Assembly (NCBI GenBank): GCA_020049295.1
Contig: JAIFLC010000032.1
Location: 1-60,124, forward strand
From: Bacteroidota bacterium
GTDB lineage: Bacteria > Bacteroidota > Bacteroidia > Bacteroidales > UBA12077
Direction of reading: 5' to 3'
Length of the DNA stretch: 60,124 nucleotides
Shown here piece after piece: positions 27,642 to 36,887 of the stretch; the first letter of the stretch is position 1, and every line of letters begins with the position of its first letter. Below the pieces are notes generated by a model. It was not told where the DNA came from and ran no database searches. It was given only the letters and a program-made list of their open reading frames with translations. The position numbers and the translations under genes were made by a program.

Positions 27642-29129
27642 ATGAGCAATAAGAGAATAAATAAACGCGATTTTTTAAAATGTGGTTTTTTGGGAAGCTG
27701 TGCACTGGCATTAGGAACTAACAAATCGTTTGCCTTAGCAAAAGGCATAGATAAATTTATTAGTATGCCAGACGAGTTGTGGAAGTGGAGTAAAGAATCG
27801 AAATTTTTTATTGAAACACCACGCGGAGTAAAGTGTACATTATGCCCCAACGATTGTACAATTAAGGAGGGCGATTCAGGAGATTGCAGATCAAGAGTAA
27901 ACTACAAGGGAAAATTATATTCAATCGGTTATGGCAATCCATGCTCAATAAATATTGATCCTATCGAGAAGAAACCTCTTTATCATTTTTTACCCGAAAG
28001 CAGGTCGTATTCTCTTGCTGTTGCTGGTTGTAATCTTGCGTGTCTAAATTGTCAGAATTGGCAAATATCACAGGTAAGTCCTAAAGAAACGAGGAATTAT
28101 GATTTGATGCCTGAAGAAGTATACAAACAGGCAAAAGAATACAAGTGTCTTTCAATTTCATATACATATTCTGAGCCAATAGTTTTTTACGAATATGTAT
28201 ATGATTCGGCAAAAATTGCAAAGAAAAATGGAATAAAAAATGTGTTAGTCTCTGCCGGTTATATCAACGAAAAACCATTGCGCGATTTAGTTCCCTACAT
28301 CGATGCTGCCAATATTGATTTAAAAAGTTTTGATGATGATATTTACAATCGACTCAATGGAGGAGAGCTCGAACCGATTTTAAACACATTAAAAATTCTG
28401 AAACAAGAAGGTGTTTGGCTCGAAATCACAAATCTTATTGTACCTCAATGGACAGATGATCTGGATATGATAAAACGGATGTGCGACTGGCTTTATAATA
28501 ATGGATTTGATGATACGCCATTACACTTTAGCCGGTTTCAACCAATGTATAAGCTAACTCATTTACCCGCAACACCTATAAGTACTTTGTATAAAGCTCG
28601 CGAAATAGCTTTAAAATCAGGTTTAAAATTTGTTTATGTAGGAAATGTTCCGGGTTCTGAAGCTCAAAACACCATTTGTCCGAAATGTAAAAGTATTGTT
28701 GTTGAGCGCAAAGGATATCAGATTGTACAGAAAAACCTTCTGAATGGATATTGTAAAAACTGCAAACTATTCAACACCACAGAAACAGAACTGAAAGCCA
28801 TTGCTCCACCGGCAATCATAGGATTTAAAAGGAAACCATTAATTGGATACAGAATACCTGCAGCAATTGGAATAGAAATAACATTATATATAAAAGCCCA
28901 GAATAGATTTTGTTTAATAGTTTTTAGGGTTAATCCAGACAATTTTATTGCAGAAGCGATTTTTTCAAGATCTCCTTTTACCAAGGTAATATCAGCACTT
29001 TCAATAGCAATATCGGTTCCTTGTCCCATAGCCATTCCAATATCGGCTTGCGCAAGGGCAGGAGAATCGTTAATACCATCGCCAACCATGGCTACTTTTA
29101 AACCTTGTTGTTGTAATTTCTTAATGTAA
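27642..29129 (+). CDS. AmmeMemoRadiSam system radical SAM enzyme with a Tat-like N-terminal signal; the annotated stop lies 412 nt inside the convergent copA
   Basis: CNLACLNC (CX3CX2C), [11 protein letters not shown], and the N-terminal cysteine cluster CTLCPNDC...GDC all fit the family. Family-like sequence ends near [17 protein letters not shown]...GYCKNCK (about 28770). The remaining ~115 codons are antisense to copA. Confidence 0.75.
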   Translation: MSNKRINKRDFLKCGFLGSCALALGTNKSFALAKGIDKFISMPDELWKWSKESKFFIETPRGVKCTLCPNDCTIKEGDSGDCRSRVNYKGKLYSIGYGNPCSINIDPIEKKPLYHFLPESRSYSLAVAGCNLACLNCQNWQISQVSPKETRNYDLMPEEVYKQAKEYKCLSISYTYSEPIVFYEYVYDSAKIAKKNGIKNVLVSAGYINEKPLRDLVPYIDAANIDLKSFDDDIYNRLNGGELEPILNTLKILKQEGVWLEITNLIVPQWTDDLDMIKRMCDWLYNNGFDDTPLHFSRFQPMYKLTHLPATPISTLYKAREIALKSGLKFVYVGNVPGSEAQNTICPKCKSIVVERKGYQIVQKNLLNGYCKNCKLFNTTETELKAIAPPAIIGFKRKPLIGYRIPAAIGIEITLYIKAQNRFCLIVFRVNPDNFIAEAIFSRSPFTKVISALSIAISVPCPIAIPISACARAGESLIPSPTMATFKPCCCNFLM

Positions 29130-30952
29130 TTTAGCTTATCTGCAGGCAAAAGTTCTGCTTGGTAAAAATCAACTCCTGATTCGTTGGCAATTGCTTCTGC
29201 AGTTGCTGTGTTATCGCCTGTAAGCATATGAACTTTTAAATTCATCTCATGTAATTTCTGTATTGCCTTTTTTGAATTGGCTTTTATCTGATCAGAAATA
29301 AGAATGATTGCGATGAGCTTATTATTTCTTGCAACAAAGACATGAGTTTGTGCAGTAAAACCGAATTCCTTAAAATAGGATTGCTCTTTTTCAATCTCGA
29401 TTCCTGAATCGGTAATTAGTTTATAGTTTCCAATGATATAGCTTGATTCATTTATTTTTGCTGTAACACCTCGCCCTGTTTTACTTTCAAATTCAACAAC
29501 ATCTAAGTTTGCGGTTGAATATTCTTTTAGGTAGTTTACTATAGATTCGGCTAAGGGATGTTCTGATTTTTTTTCAATTGCATTAATTTCTTCAAGAATT
29601 GCTTGCTTTTCAATTTTGCTTTTTAACCAGATAATCTCACTTACTTCAGGTTTTCCTTTTGTAATTGTACCTGTTTTATCTATAACGATTACATTTATTT
29701 GATGAGCCTTTTCAAGGCTTTCTGCATTTTTTATTAATATTCCGTTTTCTGCACCTTTACCAATTCCAACCATTAAAGCAGTAGGAGTAGCCAAACCTAA
29801 AGCACAAGGGCATGCAATAATAAGAACAGTTATAAGACTAACAAATGCATGAGTTGATGATGGTTCGGGTCCAACAATGTACCAAACAAAGGCGCTAAGT
29901 ATCGCTATGGAAATAACTACAGGAACAAAAACAGATGCAATTTTATCTACTAACTTCTGAACAGGAGCTTTGCTTCCCTGAGCATTTTTCACCATCTCAA
30001 TAACGTGCGATAGCAAAGTATCCTTACCGATTTTTTCGGCAATCATTTTAAAACTTCCGTTTTTATTGATAGTTGAGCCTATTACGTTGTCGTTAACCGT
30101 TTTTTCTACTGATAAAGGCTCCCCTGTAATCATACTTTCATCAATTGTAGTATGACCATCAATTATTTTTCCATCAACAGGGATTTTTTCTCCAGGCCGC
30201 ATGATAATAATATCACCGACAACAACATCATCAATAGAAATTGAAATTTCATTTCCATCTCTAATAACAATGGCTGACTTAACTTTTAAACCCATCAATT
30301 TTCTTATAGAATCAGAAGTCTTTGATTTTGCCCTTTCCTCAAGATATCGACCTAAAAGAATTAAAGAAATAATTACTGTTGCTGCTTCATAGTAAACATG
30401 AGGTTGAATGCCTCTTGAATTTAAATAGTATGGGAAAAAAGTATTAAATAAGCTGATAATGAATGCAGAACCTGTGCCAAGAGTAACTAGTGTATCCATG
30501 TTTGTTGATAAATGCAAGGTTTGTTTATAAGCAATGATATAGAAATTACGACCAAACCAAAAAATTACTGGTATAGAAAAGACTAGCATAAGCCAGTTTC
30601 CATAAGGCATGTGATGATAAAACATGGACATAATAAAAACAGGAATTGTGAAAATAATGGAGTATATAGCTTTTTGTTTTGCTTTTAACAACTTGATTTT
30701 CTCCAGATCTTCGATCGTTGAAATGTCATCGTTTTTTTGATCTGTAATTAACTTATACCCAATTTTCTCAACTGCTCTTTGCATTTCCTGATGAGTTATT
30801 TTTTCATCATCAAATTCAACAATAACAGATGCATTAGCATAATTGATTTGTGCAGATTTTATTCCGTTTAATGATGCGAGCATACTTTCTACACTGCTGG
30901 CGCATGAAGCACAACTCATTCCTTCCACTCTGTATATTTTTTTTAACATCAT
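28718..30952 (-). CDS. copA: Copper-translocating P1B-type ATPase
   Basis: 744 aa. N-terminal HMA GMSCASC, TGE, CPC in TM6 ([13 protein letters not shown]), [17 protein letters not shown]. Confidence 0.95.
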   Translation of the reverse strand: MMLKKIYRVEGMSCASCASSVESMLASLNGIKSAQINYANASVIVEFDDEKITHQEMQRAVEKIGYKLITDQKNDDISTIEDLEKIKLLKAKQKAIYSIIFTIPVFIMSMFYHHMPYGNWLMLVFSIPVIFWFGRNFYIIAYKQTLHLSTNMDTLVTLGTGSAFIISLFNTFFPYYLNSRGIQPHVYYEAATVIISLILLGRYLEERAKSKTSDSIRKLMGLKVKSAIVIRDGNEISISIDDVVVGDIIIMRPGEKIPVDGKIIDGHTTIDESMITGEPLSVEKTVNDNVIGSTINKNGSFKMIAEKIGKDTLLSHVIEMVKNAQGSKAPVQKLVDKIASVFVPVVISIAILSAFVWYIVGPEPSSTHAFVSLITVLIIACPCALGLATPTALMVGIGKGAENGILIKNAESLEKAHQINVIVIDKTGTITKGKPEVSEIIWLKSKIEKQAILEEINAIEKKSEHPLAESIVNYLKEYSTANLDVVEFESKTGRGVTAKINESSYIIGNYKLITDSGIEIEKEQSYFKEFGFTAQTHVFVARNNKLIAIILISDQIKANSKKAIQKLHEMNLKVHMLTGDNTATAEAIANESGVDFYQAELLPADKLNYIKKLQQQGLKVAMVGDGINDSPALAQADIGMAMGQGTDIAIESADITLVKGDLEKIASAIKLSGLTLKTIKQNLFWAFIYNVISIPIAAGILYPINGFLLNPMIAGGAMAFSSVSVVLNSLQFLQYPFRRFFCTI

Positions 30953-30970
30953 TTAGGAAAATAAGATACA

Positions 30971-31192
30971 TTAAATCATTTCTGCATTATACCCTGAATC
31001 TTTAAAGGAAGATATAATTGAATTATGGAGTTCTTTTGTCCATTCTGAATCAGTATATATCAATAAGATTTTATCAGGATTATCAAGATCAACTTCCCAA
31101 TGCTGAATTTCTTTGATTTTATTCAGATGTGGACGAATAGCATTGACACAACCCCCGCATTTTAAGCTGGTTTTAAACTTAATAACATTCAT
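30971..31192 (-). CDS. Small heavy-metal-associated (HMA-like) metallochaperone
   Basis: 73 aa. A KCGGC metal-binding motif near the N-terminus, a ferredoxin-like size, and a position immediately upstream of copA. Confidence 0.7.
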   Translation of the reverse strand: MNVIKFKTSLKCGGCVNAIRPHLNKIKEIQHWEVDLDNPDKILLIYTDSEWTKELHNSIISSFKDSGYNAEMI

Positions 31193-31296
31193 TTGTTTTG
31201 ATTATTTAGTAAAAAAAGCGCTTCGGAAGTTTTCAAGAAAATGATTATGAGAAAAATTACCTTGTTATTAACCCTTCTTCCGAAGCACCTGTGGGA

Positions 31297-31315
31297 TTCT
31301 AAATTGAATTTAGAA
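31297..31315. promoter_or_regulatory. Perfect 8-3-8 palindrome TTCTAAAT-TGA-ATTTAGAA in the copZ-copA leader (candidate operator)
   Basis: Read directly from the sequence. It lies between a minus-strand TAnnTTTG box (31320-31327) and the copZ-like start at 31192. Confidence 0.4.
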
Positions 31316-31319
31316 TATA

Positions 31320-31327
31320 CAAATATA
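31320..31327 (-). promoter_or_regulatory. Candidate -7 promoter box (TATATTTG on the minus strand) for the copZ-like/copA genes
   Basis: It lies inside a tandem 2 x 8 nt direct repeat ATATACAA-ATATACAA (31315-31330), about 128 nt upstream of the copZ-like ATG. Confidence 0.3.
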
Positions 31328-31394
31328 CAAAGATATTTAGGTATTTTATTACATAATTATTAAATTTTTTTACAAAATTTTTTGTTCTTTGTAT

Positions 31395-31961
31395 TTAAAT
31401 ATCTGTAAGACTTTTCCGGCTTTTTTTATGATTCTTTTTGAACTCGGTTGGAGTCAATCCGGTTTCGTTTTTAAACTGACTGCTTAGATGAGCACTGCTG
31501 CTGTAATTTAGTTTTAAAGCTATTTCGTTAATATTCAGTTCGTCATATACTATTAGTTCTTTAGCTTTTTCAATCTTTTGTTTTATAAGATATTTTTCAA
31601 TGGTAATATTTTCTACGCTTGAAAATAATGTAGTCAAATAGTTATAGTCTTTCCCAATTTTTTCAACCAGGTAATCTGAAAAATTTATTTTTTTTATTTG
31701 GTTATCGCTATAATGAATATAATCTATAATCAGTGTTTTTATTTTTTCAATAATCTGTGATTTTTTATCTTCGAGAAGCTCAAAACCAAGTTCATTAAGC
31801 TCAGCTCGAATCCTTTCATGATCAATTTGATCTTCTTTTAGGGTAACTTCCCCGAGTTTTATATCAACTAATGTGTAATTAAGCTTTTTAAATAATTTTT
31901 TTACGGCTTCAATACACCTTGGACAAACCATGTTTTTTATATGTACGGTATATGTATTCAT
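31395..31961 (-). CDS. AraC-family transcriptional regulator with an N-terminal HMA-like metal-binding domain
   Basis: 188 aa. MVCPRC motif in a ~65-aa ferredoxin-like N-terminus. C-terminal AraC HTH (INEIALKLNYSSSAHLSSQFKNETGLTPTEF). Confidence 0.8.
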   Translation of the reverse strand: MNTYTVHIKNMVCPRCIEAVKKLFKKLNYTLVDIKLGEVTLKEDQIDHERIRAELNELGFELLEDKKSQIIEKIKTLIIDYIHYSDNQIKKINFSDYLVEKIGKDYNYLTTLFSSVENITIEKYLIKQKIEKAKELIVYDELNINEIALKLNYSSSAHLSSQFKNETGLTPTEFKKNHKKSRKSLTDI

Positions 31962-31991
31962 GGTGTATTAAACAAAAAAAGGATAAAAAAG

Positions 31992-33947
31992 TTAAATCCG
32001 GATACCTATTAATAATACATCGTCAACCTGTTGTTGATTTCCTCTCCAGTTTATAAACGTTTCGAAAATAATTTGTTTTTGTTCTTCAATAGTTCTTTCG
32101 TGTATATCGAGAAGTAGTTCGCGGAAACTACCAATTCTGAATTTCTTTTTATTTGGTCCACCAAATTGATCAACAAAACCATCGGTAAACATATAAAACT
32201 GATCTCCGATTTTAATATCCAGTTCGTGATTAGTAAAGGGTTCCATTGCTTTTGCCGAAATACCAACAGGCATTTTGTCAGCTTTTATAACTTCGAGCAT
32301 ATGATCACGAATAAAATACAAATGATTGTATGCACCAGCATATTCAAGTTTCATATTTTCGCGGTCGATAACTATTAGCGATATATCAATTGCATCTTTG
32401 GCTTCTTCAATTTTATTTGAGTTTACAAGAGTTTTAACAATTTTTTTGCGCAGACGGTTAAGTATTTCGTTTGGTTTAATGATATGCTCATCAAAAACAA
32501 TTTCATTTAAAAAGTTTATTCCTATAATGCTCATGAAAGCTCCCGGAACACCATGTCCAGTGCAATCGGCTGCAACAATGATTGATTTATTTTCGATTTG
32601 TGCAACCCAGTAAAAATCGCCGCTAACAATATCTTTCGGTTTAAATAAGCAAAACCCTTTATTTAATACTTTTTGCAGGGTAAATTTATCAGGGAATAAA
32701 GCAATTTGAATATTTTTTGCATATTCAATACTATCTGTCATGTCTTTGTTTTGCTTTACTACCTGCTCTTTATGATATTCGGCTATTTCTATCTGTCGTT
32801 GAATTTCATCTCGCTGGGCTTCTATTTCGTCGCGTTGTGTTTCAATTTCTTCTTTATGCTGTAAAATTTCCTGGTTTTGTATTCGCAGGAGCTGGTTATT
32901 TGTTCGTCTACGCCTATTTTCATGAATTAAAAAGATAGATTCGAGAATAAAAATAAAGATTGCCCCAATAAAAAAATAAATAAGTATTAATCGTTGTTTT
33001 TTTTGTTTATTTAATAAAACAATTGCTTGCTGATGTTTATCCGAATTGTATTTTAATTCAAGTTCAGCAATCTGTGTGCTTATTTCTTCATTGGTGCGTT
33101 TATTTTTAAGCTCATAAAATTTTTCAAGATATAAGAGCGAATTTGCAATATCCCCTGTTTTCTTATAAGTTTCATATAGAACTTCATAAGTTTGTTCGAG
33201 TGTTATATTAAAGCCGTTTGCCTCAGCAATTTTTATGCTCTTTTCACAATAATCAATGGCCAGATTGTACTTTTGAAGTTTTAAATTAATACCGCCTAAA
33301 TTTAGGTAGGATGTTGAAATTCCATCCAGATCATTTATATGAAGTTCAAGTTCAAGTGATTTTTTGTAATAATTATTTGCCTGCGAAAAAAGATTAAGGT
33401 GTTCATGCAACACACCAAGATTATTGTAAGAACTGCTTAGCCCTCTTTTGTCATTTATCTTCTTATTTATCTCAAGAGATTTTTCATAATATTCAATTGC
33501 TTTCCCATAGTCTTCTAAAGCACGGTAAGCAATTCCTAAATTATTATATGCTCTTGCTAATCCTTTTTCGTTGTTGCTCTTAAGTTGGTTTTCCATGTAT
33601 TTACTGAAATACTCAAGAGACTTTTTGTAATTATCCTGAAAATAGAATGCCTGGCCTAAAATCTGATAACAATAATCAACAATACCAACACTATCATGTT
33701 TTTCAGCAATTACTAATAATTTATTTGCAGTCTTTATTGCTTTTTCTGGAGTATTGTCGATATAATATTCGGAAAGTTGTTTTAAAATTGAAATCTGTTT
33801 TGATTCGGTGGCGTGTTGTAAAATATTTTCTAGGGAGTCGGCATTAATAATTTGTGCAAAACCCGAATTAATACCGGCTAATCCTAAGGATATAAAAACA
33901 AAAATGAATAATGCCGGTAATCTTTTTCTCATATCAGCTAAAAACAA
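31992..33947 (-). CDS. TPR-repeat sensor with one TM helix, a coiled coil and a PP2C/SpoIIE-type phosphatase domain
   Basis: 651 aa. Signal peptide, about 6 TPR units (AYNNLGIAY, SYNNLGVLH, SYLNLGGI), TM helix LILIYFFIGAIFIFILESIFLI, and repeat EIETQRDEIEAQRDEIQRQ. The SpoIIE-like C-terminus has SGDFYW, DCTGHGVPGA and TDG. Confidence 0.8.
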   Translation of the reverse strand: MFLADMRKRLPALFIFVFISLGLAGINSGFAQIINADSLENILQHATESKQISILKQLSEYYIDNTPEKAIKTANKLLVIAEKHDSVGIVDYCYQILGQAFYFQDNYKKSLEYFSKYMENQLKSNNEKGLARAYNNLGIAYRALEDYGKAIEYYEKSLEINKKINDKRGLSSSYNNLGVLHEHLNLFSQANNYYKKSLELELHINDLDGISTSYLNLGGINLKLQKYNLAIDYCEKSIKIAEANGFNITLEQTYEVLYETYKKTGDIANSLLYLEKFYELKNKRTNEEISTQIAELELKYNSDKHQQAIVLLNKQKKQRLILIYFFIGAIFIFILESIFLIHENRRRRTNNQLLRIQNQEILQHKEEIETQRDEIEAQRDEIQRQIEIAEYHKEQVVKQNKDMTDSIEYAKNIQIALFPDKFTLQKVLNKGFCLFKPKDIVSGDFYWVAQIENKSIIVAADCTGHGVPGAFMSIIGINFLNEIVFDEHIIKPNEILNRLRKKIVKTLVNSNKIEEAKDAIDISLIVIDRENMKLEYAGAYNHLYFIRDHMLEVIKADKMPVGISAKAMEPFTNHELDIKIGDQFYMFTDGFVDQFGGPNKKKFRIGSFRELLLDIHERTIEEQKQIIFETFINWRGNQQQVDDVLLIGIRI

Positions 33948-34029
33948 ATAAATCTATTTTTTTACTATAAAAGCGGATACGAAAAAAAAAACAAAAGGAT
34001 ACAAAAAACTAATAAACAAATAAAATAAA

Positions 34030-35877
34030 TTATGCAAACATCTGTAAATCATGCAGTTTTTTGTAGATTCCATTTTGATCAAGAAGTGAATTGTGTTTTC
34101 CTCTTTCAACTATTTCGCCCTCATTAACAACACAAATTTCATCAGCATCTCTTACTGTAGATAAACGATGTGCGATAACGATTGACGTACGGTTTTTCAT
34201 GAGATTAAAAATGGCATCCTGAACTAATTTTTCAGATTCGGTATCGAGCGAAGAGGTTGCTTCATCGAGAATTAAGATGGGTGGATTTTTTAATACAGCA
34301 CGTGCAATACTTATTCTCTGCCGCTGACCACCTGATAACTTTGAACCTCTATCTCCAATATTGGTTTGATAGCCGTTTTCGGTTTGTAAAATAAACTCAT
34401 GAGCATTTGCAACTTTGGCTGCTGCAATTACTTCTTCCTCGGTTGCTGTTTCTTTACCAAAAGCAATATTATTAAAAATAGTATCATTAAACAGAATTGA
34501 TTCCTGATTAACGATTCCCATTAAATTTCTTAGATCGATCAGGTTTAGGTCTTTTATATTTTCTCCATCAATATAAATACCACCTTCAACCAAATCATAA
34601 AAGCGAGGTAATAAATCAACCATCGTAGATTTTCCGCTGCCCGATTGCCCCACAAGAGCTATAGTTTTTCCTTTTTCAATCTTTAGATTAATATTTTTGA
34701 GTACGTAATCTTCTATATACTTAAAACTTACATCTTTGTATTCAATACAATTTTTGAACTCGTTAATTGGTGTAGCATTTTCTTTAACATAAATCGTTAC
34801 CTCAGCATCCAGAATAGCATTAACTCTGTCAACAGAGGCTAAACCGCGCTGAAGATTGTAATAAACTGTTGATATTTCTTTTGCTGGTTGTATAATTTGT
34901 GAAAAGATTATTAGATAAGTAATAAAGGTTTGTGGATTCATAATTGGATTAGCATCTAAAACCATACTACCTCCATACCACATAACCAAAACAATAACAA
35001 TGGTTGCCATAAACTCGCTAAATGGTCCAGCAAGTTCTTTTTTACGCCAGATACGTGTCATTAATCGGGTATATGCATTATTTTCATTTCTGAACCGATC
35101 GTCAATTTTCTTTTCCGAATTAAATGCTTTAATAATTCTTAATCCAAAAAGAGTTTCTTCTATATACGAAAGAAGTAAACCTAGTTTAGCTTGTCCTTTA
35201 ATTGATTTTCTTCGAAGTGATTTCCCTATTCTACCAATTATATACCCTGTAAATGGAAGTAATAAAAGCACCATTAACGTTAAAATCGGACTCATTATAA
35301 ATAATATAACCAGATACACTATTAGGGTTAGTGGCATTTTTATAGCATTGTTTAGAGACCGTATTATTGAGGCTTCAATTTCTTGCACATCACTTGTCAT
35401 GCGGGAAATAAGATCTCCTTTTCGTTCTTCTGTAAAGTAGGATATTTGCAATTGAAGAATTTTCGTATTAAGCTGATTTCTTATATCACGAATAACTCCG
35501 GTTCTCAAAGGAGCCATTACGTAATTGCTTAAATAATGAAACAGTGTTTTAAGAAGAACAAATGAGACAACAATAATACTTACCGATAAAAGTGCAGCTT
35601 CAGGTCCTTGGGTTTCAATAATCTTACTAAGAAAGTAATTGAAATTATGAGCAATTGCTTTTGTATTCAGTTCCCATTTAACTAATTCGGTTATTTTGGG
35701 CTGATTACCAAATAAAATCCCCAGGAATGGGATAGCCATTGTAAATGAGAATAAAGAGAAAATAGTGCTTATTAATGCATATACAATACTCATTACTCCT
35801 TTACCCCAATAAGGGTACATGTACCTAATAATTTTCATTACACCTTTCATCGGTTTGTTTTTTAAGGGTATAGTCAA
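34030..35877 (-). CDS. ABC exporter, fused permease/ATPase (MsbA-like)
   Basis: 615 aa. Six N-terminal TM helices, Walker A GQSGSGKST, signature LSGGQRQR, Walker B ILILDEATSSLD. The true start may be an internal Met (MKGVMKII...). Confidence 0.85.
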   Translation of the reverse strand: MTIPLKNKPMKGVMKIIRYMYPYWGKGVMSIVYALISTIFSLFSFTMAIPFLGILFGNQPKITELVKWELNTKAIAHNFNYFLSKIIETQGPEAALLSVSIIVVSFVLLKTLFHYLSNYVMAPLRTGVIRDIRNQLNTKILQLQISYFTEERKGDLISRMTSDVQEIEASIIRSLNNAIKMPLTLIVYLVILFIMSPILTLMVLLLLPFTGYIIGRIGKSLRRKSIKGQAKLGLLLSYIEETLFGLRIIKAFNSEKKIDDRFRNENNAYTRLMTRIWRKKELAGPFSEFMATIVIVLVMWYGGSMVLDANPIMNPQTFITYLIIFSQIIQPAKEISTVYYNLQRGLASVDRVNAILDAEVTIYVKENATPINEFKNCIEYKDVSFKYIEDYVLKNINLKIEKGKTIALVGQSGSGKSTMVDLLPRFYDLVEGGIYIDGENIKDLNLIDLRNLMGIVNQESILFNDTIFNNIAFGKETATEEEVIAAAKVANAHEFILQTENGYQTNIGDRGSKLSGGQRQRISIARAVLKNPPILILDEATSSLDTESEKLVQDAIFNLMKNRTSIVIAHRLSTVRDADEICVVNEGEIVERGKHNSLLDQNGIYKKLHDLQMFA

Positions 35878-35940
35878 TTAACAAATGTAGATAAAAACTT
35901 ACACTATTAATGTAATATTGATGTGTTTAGTAGCCTAAAT

Positions 35941-35990
35941 AAAAAGAGTGTGTTTTAAAAACCAGTAAAGTGATTTTTTAAAACACCCTC
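35941..35990 (-). terminator. Intrinsic terminator after the Bax-inhibitor-like gene
   Basis: ~16-bp stem GAGGGTGTTTTAAAAA/TTTTTAAAACACACTC on the minus strand with one mismatch and a 12-nt loop, followed by TTTTT. Confidence 0.6.
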
Positions 35991-36011
35991 ATTATTAAAA
36001 GCGAATATTAA

Positions 36012-36779
36012 TTAGTTTCTGCTTGAAATCTTTGAAAGCAAACGAAGCATTTCGAGATATAACCAAACCAATGTAACAATTAAGCCAAATGCAGCATACC
36101 ATTCCATATGTTTTGGTAATCCGGCCTTTGAGCCTTCATAAATAAAATCAAAATCCAATACTAGATTTAATGCAGCGATAATAACTATAACGACACTAAT
36201 TCCAATACCTAAGATACCATTATTATTAATAATTAAATTTCCTGCACCAAAAAGTGAAAATACTATAGAAATCAAGTAAACTAATGCTACTGCCCCTGTT
36301 GCGGCTATAATTCCTGATCGTAATTTATCGGTAACTTTTATTAATCCTGATCTGTAACCTGCTAAAAGGATAAACATGGTACCAAATGTTAATGCGATTG
36401 CCTGCATAACCAATCCTGGATAACTTGCTTCGAAGAATGCCGATATAGCTCCCAGAAAGAGCCCTTCGAGAACAGCATATAAAGGAGCTGTAATATAAGC
36501 CCATTCTTTTTTAAAAGTTGTTACCAATGCTAAAACAAAACCACCGATTCCACCGATAAAAATCCATTTTCTTACCAAGGCTGCACCAACTACAACATCA
36601 GAAACTCCAAAAAACATTTTCCATGTATATATAGCACCAACAACAACCAGGGCTAACATTATTAAAGACTTATTCAGAGTGCCATTCAAGGTCATTACTT
36701 CCGAATAATTAGTAGCATAGGAATTAGCGTTAAAAGCATTTTTTGATAAAACGGGATTTGATGATCGTGCAAAGTTCAT
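36012..36779 (-). CDS. Bax inhibitor-1/YccA-like membrane protein
   Basis: 255 aa. An N-terminal SSNPVL segment followed by 7 hydrophobic helices. The layout fits the BI-1-like family. Confidence 0.65.
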   Translation of the reverse strand: MNFARSSNPVLSKNAFNANSYATNYSEVMTLNGTLNKSLIMLALVVVGAIYTWKMFFGVSDVVVGAALVRKWIFIGGIGGFVLALVTTFKKEWAYITAPLYAVLEGLFLGAISAFFEASYPGLVMQAIALTFGTMFILLAGYRSGLIKVTDKLRSGIIAATGAVALVYLISIVFSLFGAGNLIINNNGILGIGISVVIVIIAALNLVLDFDFIYEGSKAGLPKHMEWYAAFGLIVTLVWLYLEMLRLLSKISSRN

Positions 36780-36887
36780 AGTTTAATTATTTATTGTTTT
36801 TTTTTAAGTTTTACAATTTATATTCCAAATTAATAATTCTGACAGAATGTAGCATTTAGACTTAAATTATGTCATAAAGTCACTCCT

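Noticed and set aside
27602-27850. 82-aa minus-strand ORF overlapping the radical SAM gene start
   Set aside because: It is antisense to the well-supported radical SAM N-terminus and has no motifs.
31241-31363. 40-codon plus-strand ORF (MIMRKITLLLTLLPKHLW...) in the cop intergenic region
   Set aside because: It lies on the opposite strand to all neighbouring genes and spans the hairpin and palindrome elements. It is better explained as regulatory DNA.
32051-32938. Several 70-95-aa ORFs on both strands
   Set aside because: All are nested in the TPR-PP2C gene. They are alternative-frame or antisense artefacts of AT-rich sequence.
35000-35440. 146-aa plus-strand ORF
   Set aside because: It is antisense within the MsbA-like ABC exporter membrane domain. 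Shadow ORF.
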